A DNA stretch of 64,000 nt, from NCBI GenBank assembly GCA_963707915.1, contig OY970178.1, forward strand, positions 1,056,001 through 1,120,000, written 5' to 3'. Positions within the stretch are counted from its first letter, which is position 1. Every line of letters starts with the position of its first letter. Source of the stretch: Candidatus Eiseniibacteriota bacterium. GTDB lineage: Bacteria; Eisenbacteria; RBG-16-71-46. The notes beneath the pieces are model-generated. The model was not told the DNA's origin, searched no databases, and saw nothing but the letters and a program-made list of their open reading frames with translations. Shown one piece after another: positions 14,296 to 25,620 of this stretch. A program made the position numbers and the translations under genes.

Positions 14296-15786
14296 ATGAA
14301 TCGATCCCCCACCCGACTCGCGGACCTCGTCCGCCCCGCCCTCGCGCTGGCCTGCGCGGCAGCCCTCCTGCTGCCGTCCGGCCCGTCGCGCGCCGCTTCG
14401 CCCGGCTCCGCGCCCGACCCGCCCGCGAAGGCTGCCGCCTGGGACGACCCGCTCCTCCCGATGGTCCGCCGGATCGACCACTACCTGCAGGAGTTCCAGG
14501 TGGACGGCGTCACCATGGACTGGCGCTACTCCGTGATCCCCTCCGAGGAGATCCGCCAGACGGTGGTGTGCCAGTTGCTCGCCTACGTCGAGCTCGCGCG
14601 GCTGGACCCTCGGACCCGGCTGCGCGTCGAGATCGTCCGGCACGCGGACTTTCTGCTCGGCCGCCTCGCCGAGATCCGCTCGTACGGCCCGTTCGACGGC
14701 ATGCTGGCCTACAGCCTGCTCGGCGCGTACGAGATCACGCGCGAGCCGCGCTTCCTCGACGCGGCCTCGCTCATGATGACCGACCTGCTCGCCATCCCGA
14801 CCTCCGAGTGCCGGTTGAACGGCGGGCTGATGGTGGCCATGGCCACGGCGGCCTACTCGCAGTTGACCGGCGACGCCCAGGCCGGGCAGAAGACCCACGA
14901 CATCGTGGCGGGGCTGGTGCCCTACCAGAACGCGGACGGGAGCTTCCCGCACTGGTGCTGGGGCTCGCGCGACATCCACTACACCGCCTGGATGGCGATG
15001 GAGCTGATCCACATCGACCGCTGGATGGACGACCCCTACGTCGAGCCCTTCCTCTCCAGCATGTCGACGTTCCTCGCGGGACGCATCGCCCCCGACGGCC
15101 GGGCGATCTACGAGGAGCCGTGCCCGGGCGTGCCCGGCTGCACGCTCTACTACTACAGCCGCGCGACCGGCTGCGGCTACGACCTCGACAGCCGCGGCTG
15201 GACGGTGGAGCCGGCCTACTGCGGCCTGCTGTTCGACCGCCAGGGCTCGGAGAAGTACCAGCCGGTGATGACGTTCCTGGACTCGCTCGAGGTCGGGGGC
15301 ACCTTCTCGGACCTCTACGGCTACTGGCCGCCGCCCAGCGATCCCGAGTACCCGTGGACCACGGCGGACACCTCGGTGGTGTGCATGAGCATCAACCTGT
15401 GGACGCTCAGCACCGCGATCGCCGGCCGGGTCGAGCGGGGCGCGCCCGTCGACCTGGTGCTCGACGATCTCATCGACACGACCGCGATCACGGAGCCGCC
15501 GGCGGCGCCCGAGACGCGGCCGTTGGTGGTGCAGCCCAATCCCGCGAGCGGCGCCTGCGTCCTGCGCTTCTCCCTGGCCGCCCCGCGACGGGGCTCGCTG
15601 GCGGTGTTCGACGCGAGCGGGCGCCGGGTGCGCACGCTCGCCTCGGGAGACTTCGCCAGCGGCGACCACGTGCCCCGCTGGGACGGGCGCGACGACGCGG
15701 GCCGCGCTCTGCAGGCGGGCGTCTACTTCGCGCGCCTGCGACTCGACGACCGCACCGAGACCCGGCGGATCACGCTCCTGCGCTGA
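14296..15786 (+). CDS. Exported protein: helical-barrel-like N-domain plus FlgD-Ig-type C-terminal domain
   Basis: Signal peptide; YQNADGSF and AYEITREPRFLDAA motifs; C-terminus PNP...VFDASGRRVRTL...WDGRDDAGR...GVYFARL. Confidence 0.75.
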   Translation: MNRSPTRLADLVRPALALACAAALLLPSGPSRAASPGSAPDPPAKAAAWDDPLLPMVRRIDHYLQEFQVDGVTMDWRYSVIPSEEIRQTVVCQLLAYVELARLDPRTRLRVEIVRHADFLLGRLAEIRSYGPFDGMLAYSLLGAYEITREPRFLDAASLMMTDLLAIPTSECRLNGGLMVAMATAAYSQLTGDAQAGQKTHDIVAGLVPYQNADGSFPHWCWGSRDIHYTAWMAMELIHIDRWMDDPYVEPFLSSMSTFLAGRIAPDGRAIYEEPCPGVPGCTLYYYSRATGCGYDLDSRGWTVEPAYCGLLFDRQGSEKYQPVMTFLDSLEVGGTFSDLYGYWPPPSDPEYPWTTADTSVVCMSINLWTLSTAIAGRVERGAPVDLVLDDLIDTTAITEPPAAPETRPLVVQPNPASGACVLRFSLAAPRRGSLAVFDASGRRVRTLASGDFASGDHVPRWDGRDDAGRALQAGVYFARLRLDDRTETRRITLLR

Positions 15787-16007
15787 GCCGGGCCAACCCC
15801 GGGTCGCGGCCGCTCTTCACTCGAGGCGGCCGGCGACCGTCCGGCTGCGGCGCGCGTCCGAGCGCCCGCCTCGACGCTGCACCGTCGCCCCAGGCTACAC
15901 TTCCTCCCGAGCAGTCCGGCTGCCGCGCGAGCGGGTGGGGCCGCGCGGATTCGCCAGGGCCAAGTCACCGAACGACTTGGTCCCTGCCTCGCCTTCCTGG
16001 CACGGCG

Positions 16008-16022
16008 TGGCCCGCCACTTGC
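16008..16022 (+). promoter_or_regulatory. Putative sigma-54 (-24/-12) promoter
   Basis: TGGCCCGCCACTTGC has GG-N10-GC and matches TGGCACG-N4-TTGC at all but one position. Confidence 0.5.
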
Positions 16023-16037
16023 GGGCGATTCGGTGGC

Positions 16038-17282
16038 ATGCCATATCCCATCCGCGGCCTGGAAGCCGCATCCCGCGCGATCCGTCTCGCCGCCGTGATC
16101 ACGGCGGCGGCCGCGCTGTCGCTCGCCGCCGGTTCCTGCGGCGTCTCCCCTCTCGCCCCGGTCAACGGCGCCGGTGCCGGCGCCGCGATCGGGACGGGGG
16201 CCGCTGCGCCGGCTGCGGGCGGAATCGAGGTCCCGGCCATCGGCGCGGTCGCCATCACGCGCGCTGGGGACCGGCTGAGCTTCTCGCTCGAGATCGTCCC
16301 GGATGACGAGCCTGCCGTGTCCCTCGTCCGACCCGGATCGAGCGCGCCCGCGCCCTGGACCTTCCGACTCTACTTGGACACCGACCGCGATCCGCTCACC
16401 GGCGACGAGGGCGGCGCCGACTTCGCGCTCATGCCCCGGCCGGACGGCAGGATCGGGCTCTGGCGTCGCCAGCCGTCCCGCTGGGAGCCGGTGGACGCGG
16501 CCCCGATGGCCTGGACGTCGTCGCGGATCGCCTTCGACCTGCCCGCGACGGCGCTGGGTGCCGGCAGCGGCCCCGTGGAGTACGTGCTGGACGTCTACGC
16601 GAGCACACCCGTCGCGGAAGGTCCGGGCCGCGTCCCGGCGGCCCGCTACGCCGGCCGCGGCGGGGGCACCCCCGACGAGCGCGCGCAGGTCCCCGCCATC
16701 TCGCACCTGCGCAGCGACGTGAAGTTCGGCACCCTGATCCTCACCGGCAACCTGAGCCAGCGCGGCAGTCGTGCGGAACAGCAGTACTCCCCCTATCGAC
16801 CCGGCGGATGGTGCCTGCAGGTGCTCCTCAACACGGACCAGCAACGGACCGGATACTGGCTGGGCTTCGATTACATCGTTCGCGGCGTGGAGTGGGAGCC
16901 GACCAGCGGGGCCTCGGTCGTGCGGCGGATCACGCTCGAGCCCGGCTACCCGGGCGGCTGGGGGCCGGCCAGCGGCACGGCCACCCTCCGGGTCAGCCGC
17001 GGCAGCTTCAGCATCGCCGTCCCGCTCGACGCGGTCGGCGGCGATGACGGCAACCTCGACTTCGTGCTGGAGACCTACGCCACAGTCGCCTGTCCGGAGT
17101 CCGATTCCGGGGTCAGCCAGCTCTACGCGGCCGACTACTTCGGCAGTTCCTCCGCCGGCGGACGCGCTGCCCTCGCCGTCCGCCGCGAGCCCGCCACGAG
17201 CGGGCCCGAGCGGTCGACCCCGCGGCCCTCGGGCCTCGTGGGCGCGGGGCTCACTCCCGCACGAACTCCGTCGCGCCCTTGA
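16038..17282 (+). CDS. Hypothetical lipoprotein with two tandem similar beta-rich domains
   Basis: Hydrophobic stretch ending LAAGSC; internal repeat (LYLDTD / VLLNTD); start uncertain. Confidence 0.65.
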   Translation: MPYPIRGLEAASRAIRLAAVITAAAALSLAAGSCGVSPLAPVNGAGAGAAIGTGAAAPAAGGIEVPAIGAVAITRAGDRLSFSLEIVPDDEPAVSLVRPGSSAPAPWTFRLYLDTDRDPLTGDEGGADFALMPRPDGRIGLWRRQPSRWEPVDAAPMAWTSSRIAFDLPATALGAGSGPVEYVLDVYASTPVAEGPGRVPAARYAGRGGGTPDERAQVPAISHLRSDVKFGTLILTGNLSQRGSRAEQQYSPYRPGGWCLQVLLNTDQQRTGYWLGFDYIVRGVEWEPTSGASVVRRITLEPGYPGGWGPASGTATLRVSRGSFSIAVPLDAVGGDDGNLDFVLETYATVACPESDSGVSQLYAADYFGSSSAGGRAALAVRREPATSGPERSTPRPSGLVGAGLTPARTPSRP

Positions 17283-19224
17283 CCTCCGCGCCGGTCAGCA
17301 GGTCGCGGACGCGGATCTCGAGCCGGTAGCGGTCCGGCGCCAGCGACCGCGACGGGATGCTCACGAACTGCCGGCGCAGCGAGCCGACCTGCACCGCCTC
17401 GCGCGAGGTCGCGCTGACCACCGGCGCCTCGGGCCATACGAACAGCTTCGCCAGCCCGGTCTGGGCCTTCGGCACGCGCCGGACGATGTACTCGTACTCG
17501 AAGCGCGCCAGCCCGTCGGCGCCCGCCGCGAGGCGGTAGATCTCGAAGTACGCGACCAGCGGCTGCCGGCCCGCGATGCGCGCGTCGATGTTGGCCTCGA
17601 GCCGCACGGCCGAGCCGCTCACCATCAGGGCGGGCTCGCCGCACGCCAGCACCAGGTCACTGAGAGCGAGCCCGCGGGGCACGGGCGCGAGCGCCAGCCG
17701 GCCGCGAAACAGCCCGCGGCGGCGCTGCGCGTCGCGCACCGAGGCCACCACCTGGGACTCCCCGGCCGGCAACGCGGCGGAGAACTCCGCGACGCGGCGC
17801 GAAGTCGGGTCGCAGGCCGACACCGCCAGCTCGCCGGCGTCCCGCGCGATCTCGCGCCCGGTCGAGTCCAGCACCACCCAGCGCACCCACAGCGTGTCGC
17901 CCGGGCCCCCGGGCGCCTGGACCTGCGCGACCAGCCGTGGCCGGCCGTCGCTCTCGAAGCGCGCCGCGAGTCCCCCGACCTCGAGCCGCTGCGCGCTCGG
18001 CGGCAGCGTCGGGAAGACCGCCTGCCCGCCGCCCAGCGACAGCAGGTCGCCGCGCCTGGCCAGCACGCGCGGGTCGGGCACCGAGAGCGGGTCGAAAGCG
18101 CGCGTGGTCGCGGCCGTGTACCGGCCAGTGAGCGATCGGTCGTGCAGCACCACGCGCATGCCGAGGTCGGGGTAGCTCCACACCAACGCATCGAGCGGGT
18201 ACTCCGCCATGCCGGACCCCTTCCGGCCCGACTGGCCCAGGTCGTACTTGAAGGTGCCCGCCACGCCGGCGGGGTTCCGCTCGACCTTGCCCGGCGGGCC
18301 GTAGCGCACGTAGGTCTCGGCACGCGCGTCGAGCTCCGGCCGCAGCGGGTCGAAGAACAGCAGGTAGGCGTGCGCGACCCGCGCCCAGTATTCGAGCCGG
18401 GCCTCGTTCTGCGGCGTGGTCGGATCGGGATCGAGCCCGGCCCACGGATCGGCAGCGGAGCCCGGCGGCGCAGCGCCGGCCGCCGCTGCGCCGGGACCGC
18501 GGAGCCCGATCCACGCCGGCTTCTGGAACAGCGCCTGCAGCGTCGGGTCCAGCCGCGGGATGGCCGCGGCGAACAGGCTGTCCGCCCGCTCGATCTCCCC
18601 CCGCCGGTAGGCCAGGCAGGCGACCGCCAGGGGCGCCGCCGGGCGGCGCGGACGGCCTTCCAGCGCGCGCTCGGCGGCGGCCGCCGCCCCCGCGAGGTCG
18701 CCCCGCTCGTAGCGCAGGGGCACGAGCCTCAGCCAGGCGTCCGCGCCGTGGGGCCGCAGCAGCGCCACCGTGTCGAACGCCGCGACCGCGCGCTCGAGCG
18801 CCGCCCGGTCGATGGTGCGCAGGAACTCGCGCTTCCACGCCATGCCCAGCTCCATGTAGCCGTCGGGCTGGCGCGGCGCGAGCGCGATGGACCGGCGATA
18901 GCAACCGCGCGCGAGGTCGCCGTAGTCGCCCAGCTCGTAGGCCCGCCCCAGCGCGAGCCAGGGCTCCGGATCGCGCGGGGCGAGTCGGATGGCCTCCTTC
19001 AGGTCGCGGATCGCCCGCTGCCGCGCCTCGATCCCGCGGTCGGCCACGCCGTCCCACCCCCAGCGCGTGAGCGCCCGCGAGGTGGCGAGCGAGTCGGCGG
19101 CGCTACGGGCCCGCGGCGGCGCGGCACCGCCGGGCGCGGCGAGGAACACGAGCACGACGAGCGGCAGGAACGGCGGTCGGTGGCGCAGTGGACGGTCTCC
19201 GGAGTCGGAGAGCCATCCTCTCAT
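17251..19224 (-). CDS. Exported TPR plus GWxTD-like domain protein
   Basis: TPR segments (AIRLAPRDPEPWLALGRAY); WAGLDPDPTTPQNEARLEYWARVAHA...DARAETYVRYGPP. Confidence 0.75.
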   Translation of the reverse strand: MRGWLSDSGDRPLRHRPPFLPLVVLVFLAAPGGAAPPRARSAADSLATSRALTRWGWDGVADRGIEARQRAIRDLKEAIRLAPRDPEPWLALGRAYELGDYGDLARGCYRRSIALAPRQPDGYMELGMAWKREFLRTIDRAALERAVAAFDTVALLRPHGADAWLRLVPLRYERGDLAGAAAAAERALEGRPRRPAAPLAVACLAYRRGEIERADSLFAAAIPRLDPTLQALFQKPAWIGLRGPGAAAAGAAPPGSAADPWAGLDPDPTTPQNEARLEYWARVAHAYLLFFDPLRPELDARAETYVRYGPPGKVERNPAGVAGTFKYDLGQSGRKGSGMAEYPLDALVWSYPDLGMRVVLHDRSLTGRYTAATTRAFDPLSVPDPRVLARRGDLLSLGGGQAVFPTLPPSAQRLEVGGLAARFESDGRPRLVAQVQAPGGPGDTLWVRWVVLDSTGREIARDAGELAVSACDPTSRRVAEFSAALPAGESQVVASVRDAQRRRGLFRGRLALAPVPRGLALSDLVLACGEPALMVSGSAVRLEANIDARIAGRQPLVAYFEIYRLAAGADGLARFEYEYIVRRVPKAQTGLAKLFVWPEAPVVSATSREAVQVGSLRRQFVSIPSRSLAPDRYRLEIRVRDLLTGAEVKGATEFVRE

Positions 19225-21260
19225 TCCCCGGCGCTCTCCTCCAGCAACGCCATGGGGTCGGGCCCGGGGAGGGTCTGGCCGCGCTCCACCAGGACGGCGG
19301 CGATCCGGCCCGACCGCGGGGCCGCGACCTCGAACTGCATCTTCATGGACTCCACGACGAACAGGACCTGGCCCTCCTCCACCACCTCGCCCGGCGTCAC
19401 GCGCACCTCGACCACCGCGCCCGCCATCGGTGCGCGCACGGCCCCGCTGGCGCGCTCGGCGGGGGCACGCGGGGGCGCGGTCAGCGTGGCGAGCGGGTCC
19501 TCGAGCGCCAGCGTCTCGCCGAAGACGGCCAGCGCCATGCGCGACCCGCCCAGCCGGCAGGCCCGCAGGCGCAGCGCCAAATCGGGCTCCTGCACCGCGG
19601 CGCGGGCCCGCTGGAAGCCGGGGCCGCACTCGTGGCGCGCCACGCCGTCGTTCGAGCGCCCGAGCATCTGCCGCAGGGCCGGGCCGCTCAGCGTGAAGCT
19701 GTCGAACGCCTCCCCGCGCCCGAAGCGGAACGCCGCCTTCTCCTGGCGGCTGCCGATCCGCAGCTCCGCGTGCGCCAGGCCGGCGAAGCGCGCAGCGGGG
19801 CCGGGCAGCGGCTCCCCCACGCCGCGGAACACGCACGAGAGCGATTCGCGGAAGGCCCGCGACTCGAAGAACGCCCGGCACGCGGCGGGCAGCAGCGGCG
19901 CGTTGAGCGCCTCGAGGTTCGCCCCGATCCAGGCGGTGGACTCCACGCCGGCGAGGTAGTCGGGGTGCCGGCTCACCGCCTGCAGGAAGGGCAGGTTGGT
20001 GGTGCAACCCAGGATGGTGAAGTCCTCCAGCGCCGCCGAGAGCCGGCTCACCGCCTGCGCCCGGTCCTCGCCCCAGACGACCAGCTTCGCGACCAGGGAA
20101 TCGAAGCGGTCGAGGATGCGCCCACCCGCGCAGACCCCCGAGTCCACGCGGATGCCTTCGCCCACGGGCTCGCGGTAGACCACCAGCGGCCCCGGCGTGG
20201 GCAGGAAGCCGTTACGCGGGTCCTCGGCCAGGACGCGCGCCTCGAGCGCCACGCCGCGCGGCCGCGGGACGACGAAACGCGCCGGGTCGCCGAGCGCCTC
20301 CGGGAAGCGCCCCTCGGCCAGCTCGAGCTGGGCCTGCACCAGGTCCACGCCGAGCACCATCTCGGTGACCGGGTGCTCCACCTGCAGGCGCGTGTTCATC
20401 TCGAGGAAGTGGAAGCCGCCCTCCTCGTCCAGCAGGAACTCCACCGTCCCGGCGCCGCGGTAGCGGGTCTCGCGGACCAGGGCGAGCGCAGCGCGGCCCA
20501 GGGCCTCGCGCAGCGTCTCGTCCACGACCGGGCTGGGCGCTTCCTCGAGCACCTTCTGGTGCCGCCGCTGCAGCGAGCACTCGCGCTCGCCGAGGAACAC
20601 CCCGCCCCCGGCGCCGTCACCGAAGACCTGCACCTCGACGTGGCGGGGCGCGCGCAGGTAGCGCTCGACGAAGACCGTGCCGTCGCCGAAGCCCGCCAGC
20701 GCCTCGCCCGAGGCCCGCTCGATGGCGCCGGCGAGCGCCTCCAGCGTCTCGACCACGCGCATGCCGCGCCCGCCACCGCCGCCGCTGGCCTTCACCAGGA
20801 AGGGCGCGACGATGCCGCGCGCGGCCAGCTCGCCGCCCCAGCGCTCGCGCGGCAGGCGGGCGAGCTCGTGCGAGAGCAGCGCGGCGAGCGTCGGCACGCC
20901 GCAGCCGCGGGCGATGGCCTTGGCGGACTCCTTGCCGCCCAGCGCCCGCATGTTCTCCGCGGTGGGCCCGACGAAGCCGATGCCCGCGTCCTCCACCGCC
21001 CGGGCGAAGTCCGCGTTCTCGGCGAGGAAGCCATAGCCCGGGTGCAGGAGCCGCGCCTGCCAGGCGAGCGCGGCGGCCACGATCTCGCGTGGGGCGAGGA
21101 AGCTGGCGACCTCGAGCACCGCGTCCGCCTCGCGCCGCACCAGGCTCTCGGCGTCCTCGGGCGTGGAGACCACCGCCACCGAGTAGCCGCGCGCGCGGGC
21201 GGCACGCAGGATGCGGCGCGCGATCTCGCCCCGGTTGGCGACGACCAGGCGCCGCGTCAC
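19221..21260 (-). CDS. Acyl-CoA carboxylase alpha subunit (biotin carboxylase plus biotin carrier), methylcrotonyl/geranyl-CoA carboxylase type
   Basis: VANRGEIA, HPGYGFLAEN, GGGGRGMR, RECSLQRRHQK, EMNTRLQVEHPVTE, ESMKM. Confidence 0.92.
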   Translation of the reverse strand: MTRRLVVANRGEIARRILRAARARGYSVAVVSTPEDAESLVRREADAVLEVASFLAPREIVAAALAWQARLLHPGYGFLAENADFARAVEDAGIGFVGPTAENMRALGGKESAKAIARGCGVPTLAALLSHELARLPRERWGGELAARGIVAPFLVKASGGGGGRGMRVVETLEALAGAIERASGEALAGFGDGTVFVERYLRAPRHVEVQVFGDGAGGGVFLGERECSLQRRHQKVLEEAPSPVVDETLREALGRAALALVRETRYRGAGTVEFLLDEEGGFHFLEMNTRLQVEHPVTEMVLGVDLVQAQLELAEGRFPEALGDPARFVVPRPRGVALEARVLAEDPRNGFLPTPGPLVVYREPVGEGIRVDSGVCAGGRILDRFDSLVAKLVVWGEDRAQAVSRLSAALEDFTILGCTTNLPFLQAVSRHPDYLAGVESTAWIGANLEALNAPLLPAACRAFFESRAFRESLSCVFRGVGEPLPGPAARFAGLAHAELRIGSRQEKAAFRFGRGEAFDSFTLSGPALRQMLGRSNDGVARHECGPGFQRARAAVQEPDLALRLRACRLGGSRMALAVFGETLALEDPLATLTAPPRAPAERASGAVRAPMAGAVVEVRVTPGEVVEEGQVLFVVESMKMQFEVAAPRSGRIAAVLVERGQTLPGPDPMALLEESAGE

Positions 21261-22093
21261 GGCACCCAGCGCGGCGGGACCTTCCCGAAGAAGGCGCGCA
21301 GCCCCTCCTGCCCTTCCTCGGAGGCCCGGGCCTCCGCGATGGCCCGGGCGGTGACCTCGGTGAGTTCGGGACCGGGCAGGGGCGAGACCGCGAGCATCAG
21401 CGCCTTGGCACGGCGCGCGGCCTCGGGCCCGGCGGCGAGGAACTGGCCGAGCAACTCGGCCAGCGCGCCGCCCGGGTCCTCCGCCGGGCCGAGCACGCGC
21501 TGCACCAGGCCGATGCGCAGGGCCTCGGCGGCCTTCACGCGCTGGCCGGTCAGCAGCAGCGCCGAGGCGTGGGCCACGCCGAGGCGGCGGATGACGTACG
21601 GGCTGATGAGGCCCGGCACCAGCCCGAGGCGGACCTCGGTGGTGGCGAACACGGCCGCGGAGTCGGCGAGCACGTAGTCCGAGCAGGCCGCGAGCCCCAG
21701 GCCCCCGCCGACGGCGGAGCCGTGGACGTGGCACAGCACCGGCACGGGGAGCGCGGCGAGGCGGCGGAACATCCGGCCCAGCGCCCGCGCGTCGTCGAGG
21801 TTCTCCTCCGGGCCCGCGGCGGCCTGCGCCTTCATGTAGGCGAGGTCGCCCCCGGCGCAGAAGCTCTCCCCCTCACCCTGCAACACCAGGACGCGCAGCT
21901 CCGCGCCCTGCGGCACCAGCGCCAGCGCGCCCAGCGCGCCGGAGATCTCGGAGATCATCGCCTCGTCGAAGGCGTTGCGGACCGCGGGGCGCGCGAGCAC
22001 CAGCCGCATGACGCCGTGCGGCAACTCCTCGAGCCGCACGCTGCGGCCCGGCTGGCGCACCCGCTCCACCGGGAAGCCGGGGATCGCGATCAC
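21257..22093 (-). CDS. Enoyl-CoA hydratase (methylglutaconyl-CoA hydratase-like)
   Basis: RPAVRNAFD, FCAGGDL, GGGLGLAACSD, EVRLGLVP. Confidence 0.88.
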   Translation of the reverse strand: MIAIPGFPVERVRQPGRSVRLEELPHGVMRLVLARPAVRNAFDEAMISEISGALGALALVPQGAELRVLVLQGEGESFCAGGDLAYMKAQAAAGPEENLDDARALGRMFRRLAALPVPVLCHVHGSAVGGGLGLAACSDYVLADSAAVFATTEVRLGLVPGLISPYVIRRLGVAHASALLLTGQRVKAAEALRIGLVQRVLGPAEDPGGALAELLGQFLAAGPEAARRAKALMLAVSPLPGPELTEVTARAIAEARASEEGQEGLRAFFGKVPPRWVP

Positions 22094-23979
22094 GAGCGGC
22101 CCCGCTCGAGGACGAGCTCGCCGGGACACGGTGCGTCTTCCAGGCGGATGGTGCCGAGCAGGGCCTCGGGCACGTCCACCACGCAGCGCAGCAGCGCCTG
22201 CGAGAGCGTCTTGCCCTGCGCGTCGATGAACAGGCTGCGCGTGCCGCCGCCGCCGAGGGCGCCCTCGAGCAGGAAGTTCAGCGCCCACAGGTGCGGCACC
22301 GCGAAGCGCTCCACCTTGCCGTGACAGACACCGGCGAACCAGGTCTTCACCTGCTCCGCCGTGACGTGGTCGCGCAACCACGCGTAGCACTCGGGCGAGC
22401 GCCCGATGAGGCCGATGTTGGCGGTGTCGCCCTTGTCCCCGCTGCGCGCGTGCGCGATGCGCATGAGGGGCATCGCCACGACGCGGCCGCCGCGCCCGCC
22501 GTCGAAGGCCCACGGATCGGCGACCCGCGCGCCGCTCGCTCCGCCACCGCCGGTGACCGGCCAGTCCAGCGGCCCCGCCCGCGAGACCGGCTCGAACCGG
22601 CCGGTGCCGCGCTCCTCGAACACGGTCACCACCGGCCGGGCGTGCTCCTGCGGCATCAGCGCGGGCCAGTAACTGACCACCTCCGAGATCGCCGGCGCGC
22701 CACCGGTGACCGCGACGCCGGCGGGGCCGGAGAGGATCATCGAGGGCAGCAGCTTGCGGTAGACGTCCAGCGGCCGACGCTCGGCCGAGCGCGCCGAGAG
22801 CCGCAGCAGCACCTCGCTCGCGACGTGCTCCGGGGTGAGGCCGCGGTGCGTCGCGTCGTCGCCGATGAACTCCGTGCAGGTGTCGTCGAGCGCGGGCAGG
22901 CCCGCCTTGCGCAGCTCGGCCGCGCAGCGCTCCCAGAAGACCTGCGCGAAGACCTCGGCCTTGGCGCGCGCGTCGGGACCGGAGACGATGAGCGAGCCGC
23001 TGGCCTTGTGGCCGTCGGCGTAGGCGACGCTGACCTTGAGCAGGTCGGTGGGCGGACGCCCCTTCACCCCCGAGACCCGCACGCGGTCCGGGCCCGCGGG
23101 CTCGAGCCGGATGCTCGAGAAGTCGGCGATCACGTCGGGCGTGAGGTAGGCCTGCGGGTCGCCCATCTCGTAGAGCAGCTGCTCCCGCACCGTCTGCGTG
23201 GTGACCAAGCCGCCGCTGCCGGGCTGCTTGGTCACCACGAAGGAGCCGTCGGGGGCGCACTCGACGACCGGGAAGCCCACGTCCACGAAGGACGGGACCT
23301 TCCGCCAGTCGGTGAAGTTGCCGCCGGTCGCTTGTGCGCCGCACTCGATGATGTGCCCGGCCACGATGCCGTGGGCGATGCGGTCGTAGTCGGTCGCCGA
23401 CCAGCCGAAGGCGTGGACCAGCGGCGCCAGCGTGATGCCGGTGTCGGTCACGCGCCCGCAGATCACGATGTCGGGGTCGCCCCGGAGCGCCTCCACCACC
23501 GGCCGCGCGCCGAAGTAGGCGTTGGCGGAGAGTGCCCGGCCCGCGTAGGGCGCGAACGACTCCCCGGTCTCGAGGTTGCGCAGGTCGACGCCCTGCGCGC
23601 GCAGCTCGCCCAGGCGCGGCGCGATGTCGTCGCCATCGATGACCGCCAGCCGCAGCTCGAGGCCCTTCGCCCGCGCCACCGCCGCCAGCGCCTCGGCGCA
23701 GGCCACCGGGTTCACGCCGCCGGCGTTGGTGATGACGCGGATGCCGCGCTCGAGGATGCGCTCCAGCAGCGGCTCGATCTGCGTGACGAAGTCGCGCGCG
23801 TACCCGGCGCCCGGGTCCTTGAGCCGCTGCTTCTGCAGGATGCTCATGGTGACCTCGGCCAGGTAGTCGATCGAGACGTAGTCGAGCGCGAGCGGGCCCT
23901 CGACCTGCCGCCGCAACGCGTGCGGGTCGTCGCCCCAGTAGCCGCCGGCGTTGGCGATGCGGATGAGTTCCCGGGTCAT
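22090..23979 (-). CDS. Acyclic terpene utilization AtuA-family protein
   Basis: IRIANAGGYWGD, DYLAEVTM, GHIIECGAQATGGN, EQLLYE, HARSGDKG, DAQGK. Confidence 0.9.
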   Translation of the reverse strand: MTRELIRIANAGGYWGDDPHALRRQVEGPLALDYVSIDYLAEVTMSILQKQRLKDPGAGYARDFVTQIEPLLERILERGIRVITNAGGVNPVACAEALAAVARAKGLELRLAVIDGDDIAPRLGELRAQGVDLRNLETGESFAPYAGRALSANAYFGARPVVEALRGDPDIVICGRVTDTGITLAPLVHAFGWSATDYDRIAHGIVAGHIIECGAQATGGNFTDWRKVPSFVDVGFPVVECAPDGSFVVTKQPGSGGLVTTQTVREQLLYEMGDPQAYLTPDVIADFSSIRLEPAGPDRVRVSGVKGRPPTDLLKVSVAYADGHKASGSLIVSGPDARAKAEVFAQVFWERCAAELRKAGLPALDDTCTEFIGDDATHRGLTPEHVASEVLLRLSARSAERRPLDVYRKLLPSMILSGPAGVAVTGGAPAISEVVSYWPALMPQEHARPVVTVFEERGTGRFEPVSRAGPLDWPVTGGGGASGARVADPWAFDGGRGGRVVAMPLMRIAHARSGDKGDTANIGLIGRSPECYAWLRDHVTAEQVKTWFAGVCHGKVERFAVPHLWALNFLLEGALGGGGTRSLFIDAQGKTLSQALLRCVVDVPEALLGTIRLEDAPCPGELVLERGRS

Positions 23980-23988
23980 GGCAGCGCC

Positions 23989-25596
<1,608 letters not shown>

Positions 25597-25620
25597 GGGC
25601 GGTCTCCGGGGGCCGGCACG

